Below are positions 15,849 to 16,129 of a stretch of DNA of 16,129 nt, in pieces. The stretch lies in the IMG/VR virus record IMGVR_UViG_2563367001_000002. The stretch is one strand, 5' to 3'. Position 1 is the first letter of the stretch. Every line of letters starts with the position of its first letter. The position numbers and the translations under genes were made by a program. The notes under the pieces are model-generated. The model worked only from the letters and a program-made list of their open reading frames with translations, made no database searches and was not told the origin of the DNA. The stretch comes from a virus (Duplodnaviria; Heunggongvirae; Uroviricota; Caudoviricetes).

Positions 15849-15893
15849 CTTCTAAGTCGTGGGCCGCAGGTTCGAATCCTGCAGGGCGCGCCA
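15849..15893 (+). tRNA. Partial tRNA-Arg (argU-type) 3' segment: anticodon loop through CCA, with no functional 5' half (attachment-site core)
   Basis: cttctaagtcgtgggccgcaggttcgaatcctgcagggcgcgcca matches the 3' ~45 nt of E. coli argU (UCU anticodon; T-arm GCAGG-TTCGAAT-CCTGC; acceptor 3' strand and CCA). The required acceptor 5' strand GCGCCCT is absent; upstream there is only a degenerate tRNA-like stretch starting at 15811 (gcgcggtaag...). Confidence 0.65.
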
Positions 15894-15900
15894 TTAAAAT

Positions 15901-16129
15901 TCAATCAGTTACGCCTTCTTTATTTCTTCTATAATTCCAGAGTGGGACATTATCACCAAAAATGTCGTCTATTTTCCTCGCGTGCTCAGTCAAATGATTA
16001 GGAGCAAGGTGAGCATATCTACGAACCATTTCTCTGGACTCCCATCCGCCCATTTCCTGAAGCACTGATAATGGGACGCCTGACTGAATCAGCCAGCTTG
16101 CCCAGGTGTGTCTGAGGTCATGGAAACGG
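15901..16129 (-). CDS. int: Tyrosine-type integrase (P4/DLP12-type), C-terminal 76 codons; 5' end outside window
   Basis: Minus-strand translation: [75 protein letters not shown]. Carries the HxLRHT box and the catalytic-Tyr region RRYAHL of tyrosine recombinases. The stop lies 7 bp from the tRNA fragment's CCA end. Not listed in the ORF track because it is truncated by the window edge. Confidence 0.85.
   Translation of the reverse strand, partial: RFHDLRHTWASWLIQSGVPLSVLQEMGGWESREMVRRYAHLAPNHLTEHARKIDDIFGDNVPLWNYRRNKEGVTD

Larger units (their letters stand above)
1..15893. mobile_element. Lambdoid prophage, right arm (tail-tip module, lom, side tail fibre, moron/cargo region, ending at a tRNA-Arg-derived att core)
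   Basis: Contiguous lambda-order tail genes H-M-L-K-I-J-lom-stf, then Tfa remnants and cargo genes, ending in a partial argU 3' segment next to an integrase gene. GC content drops visibly from the tail genes to the distal cargo. Left boundary lies outside the window. Confidence 0.85.

Noticed and set aside
15811-15893. Intact tRNA-Arg gene
   Set aside because: Only the 3' ~45 nt match argU. The acceptor stem would have two G-G mismatches (5' strand GCGCGGT against 3' strand AGGGCGC), and no D-arm or anticodon stem can be formed from the upstream sequence. Reported instead as a partial att-core copy.

Overview
This window is the right arm of an integrated lambdoid prophage of an enterobacterial (E. 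coli-type) host. It has two parts. (1) Positions 1-8400 are GC-rich and hold a lambda-type tail-tip morphogenesis module in canonical order: tape measure H (C-terminal part), M, L, K, I and host-specificity protein J, followed by the lysogenic-conversion gene lom. The genes are tightly packed, with overlapping stop/start codons and hairpin + T-tract terminators after J and after lom. (2) Positions 8400-15900 are AT-richer and mosaic. They hold a side tail fibre gene whose lambda-like N-terminus is joined to internal 189-bp tandem repeats and a foreign LamG/ConA-like C-terminal domain; two small coupled ORFs of unknown function; two Tfa (tail fibre assembly) C-terminal remnants flanking a minus-strand SAM-dependent methyltransferase, which matches the tfaD-ybcY-tfaX layout of DLP12; a signal-peptide-bearing S33 (TAP-like) alpha/beta-hydrolase peptidase; and the omptin protease gene ompT. 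The window ends with a 45-nt 3' fragment of tRNA-Arg (argU-type att core) and, 7 bp later, the 3' end of a minus-strand tyrosine integrase, i.e. an attachment-site junction, probably between tandem integrative elements. I found no CRISPR array, no rRNA and no intact tRNA. The most interesting parts are the cargo end (S33 peptidase + ompT abutting the att core and integrase), the recombination-scarred Tfa/methyltransferase cassette, the two uncharacterised small ORFs after the fibre gene, and the chimeric fibre. All homology statements rest on my recollection of lambda and K-12 sequences and on motifs, not on database searches.
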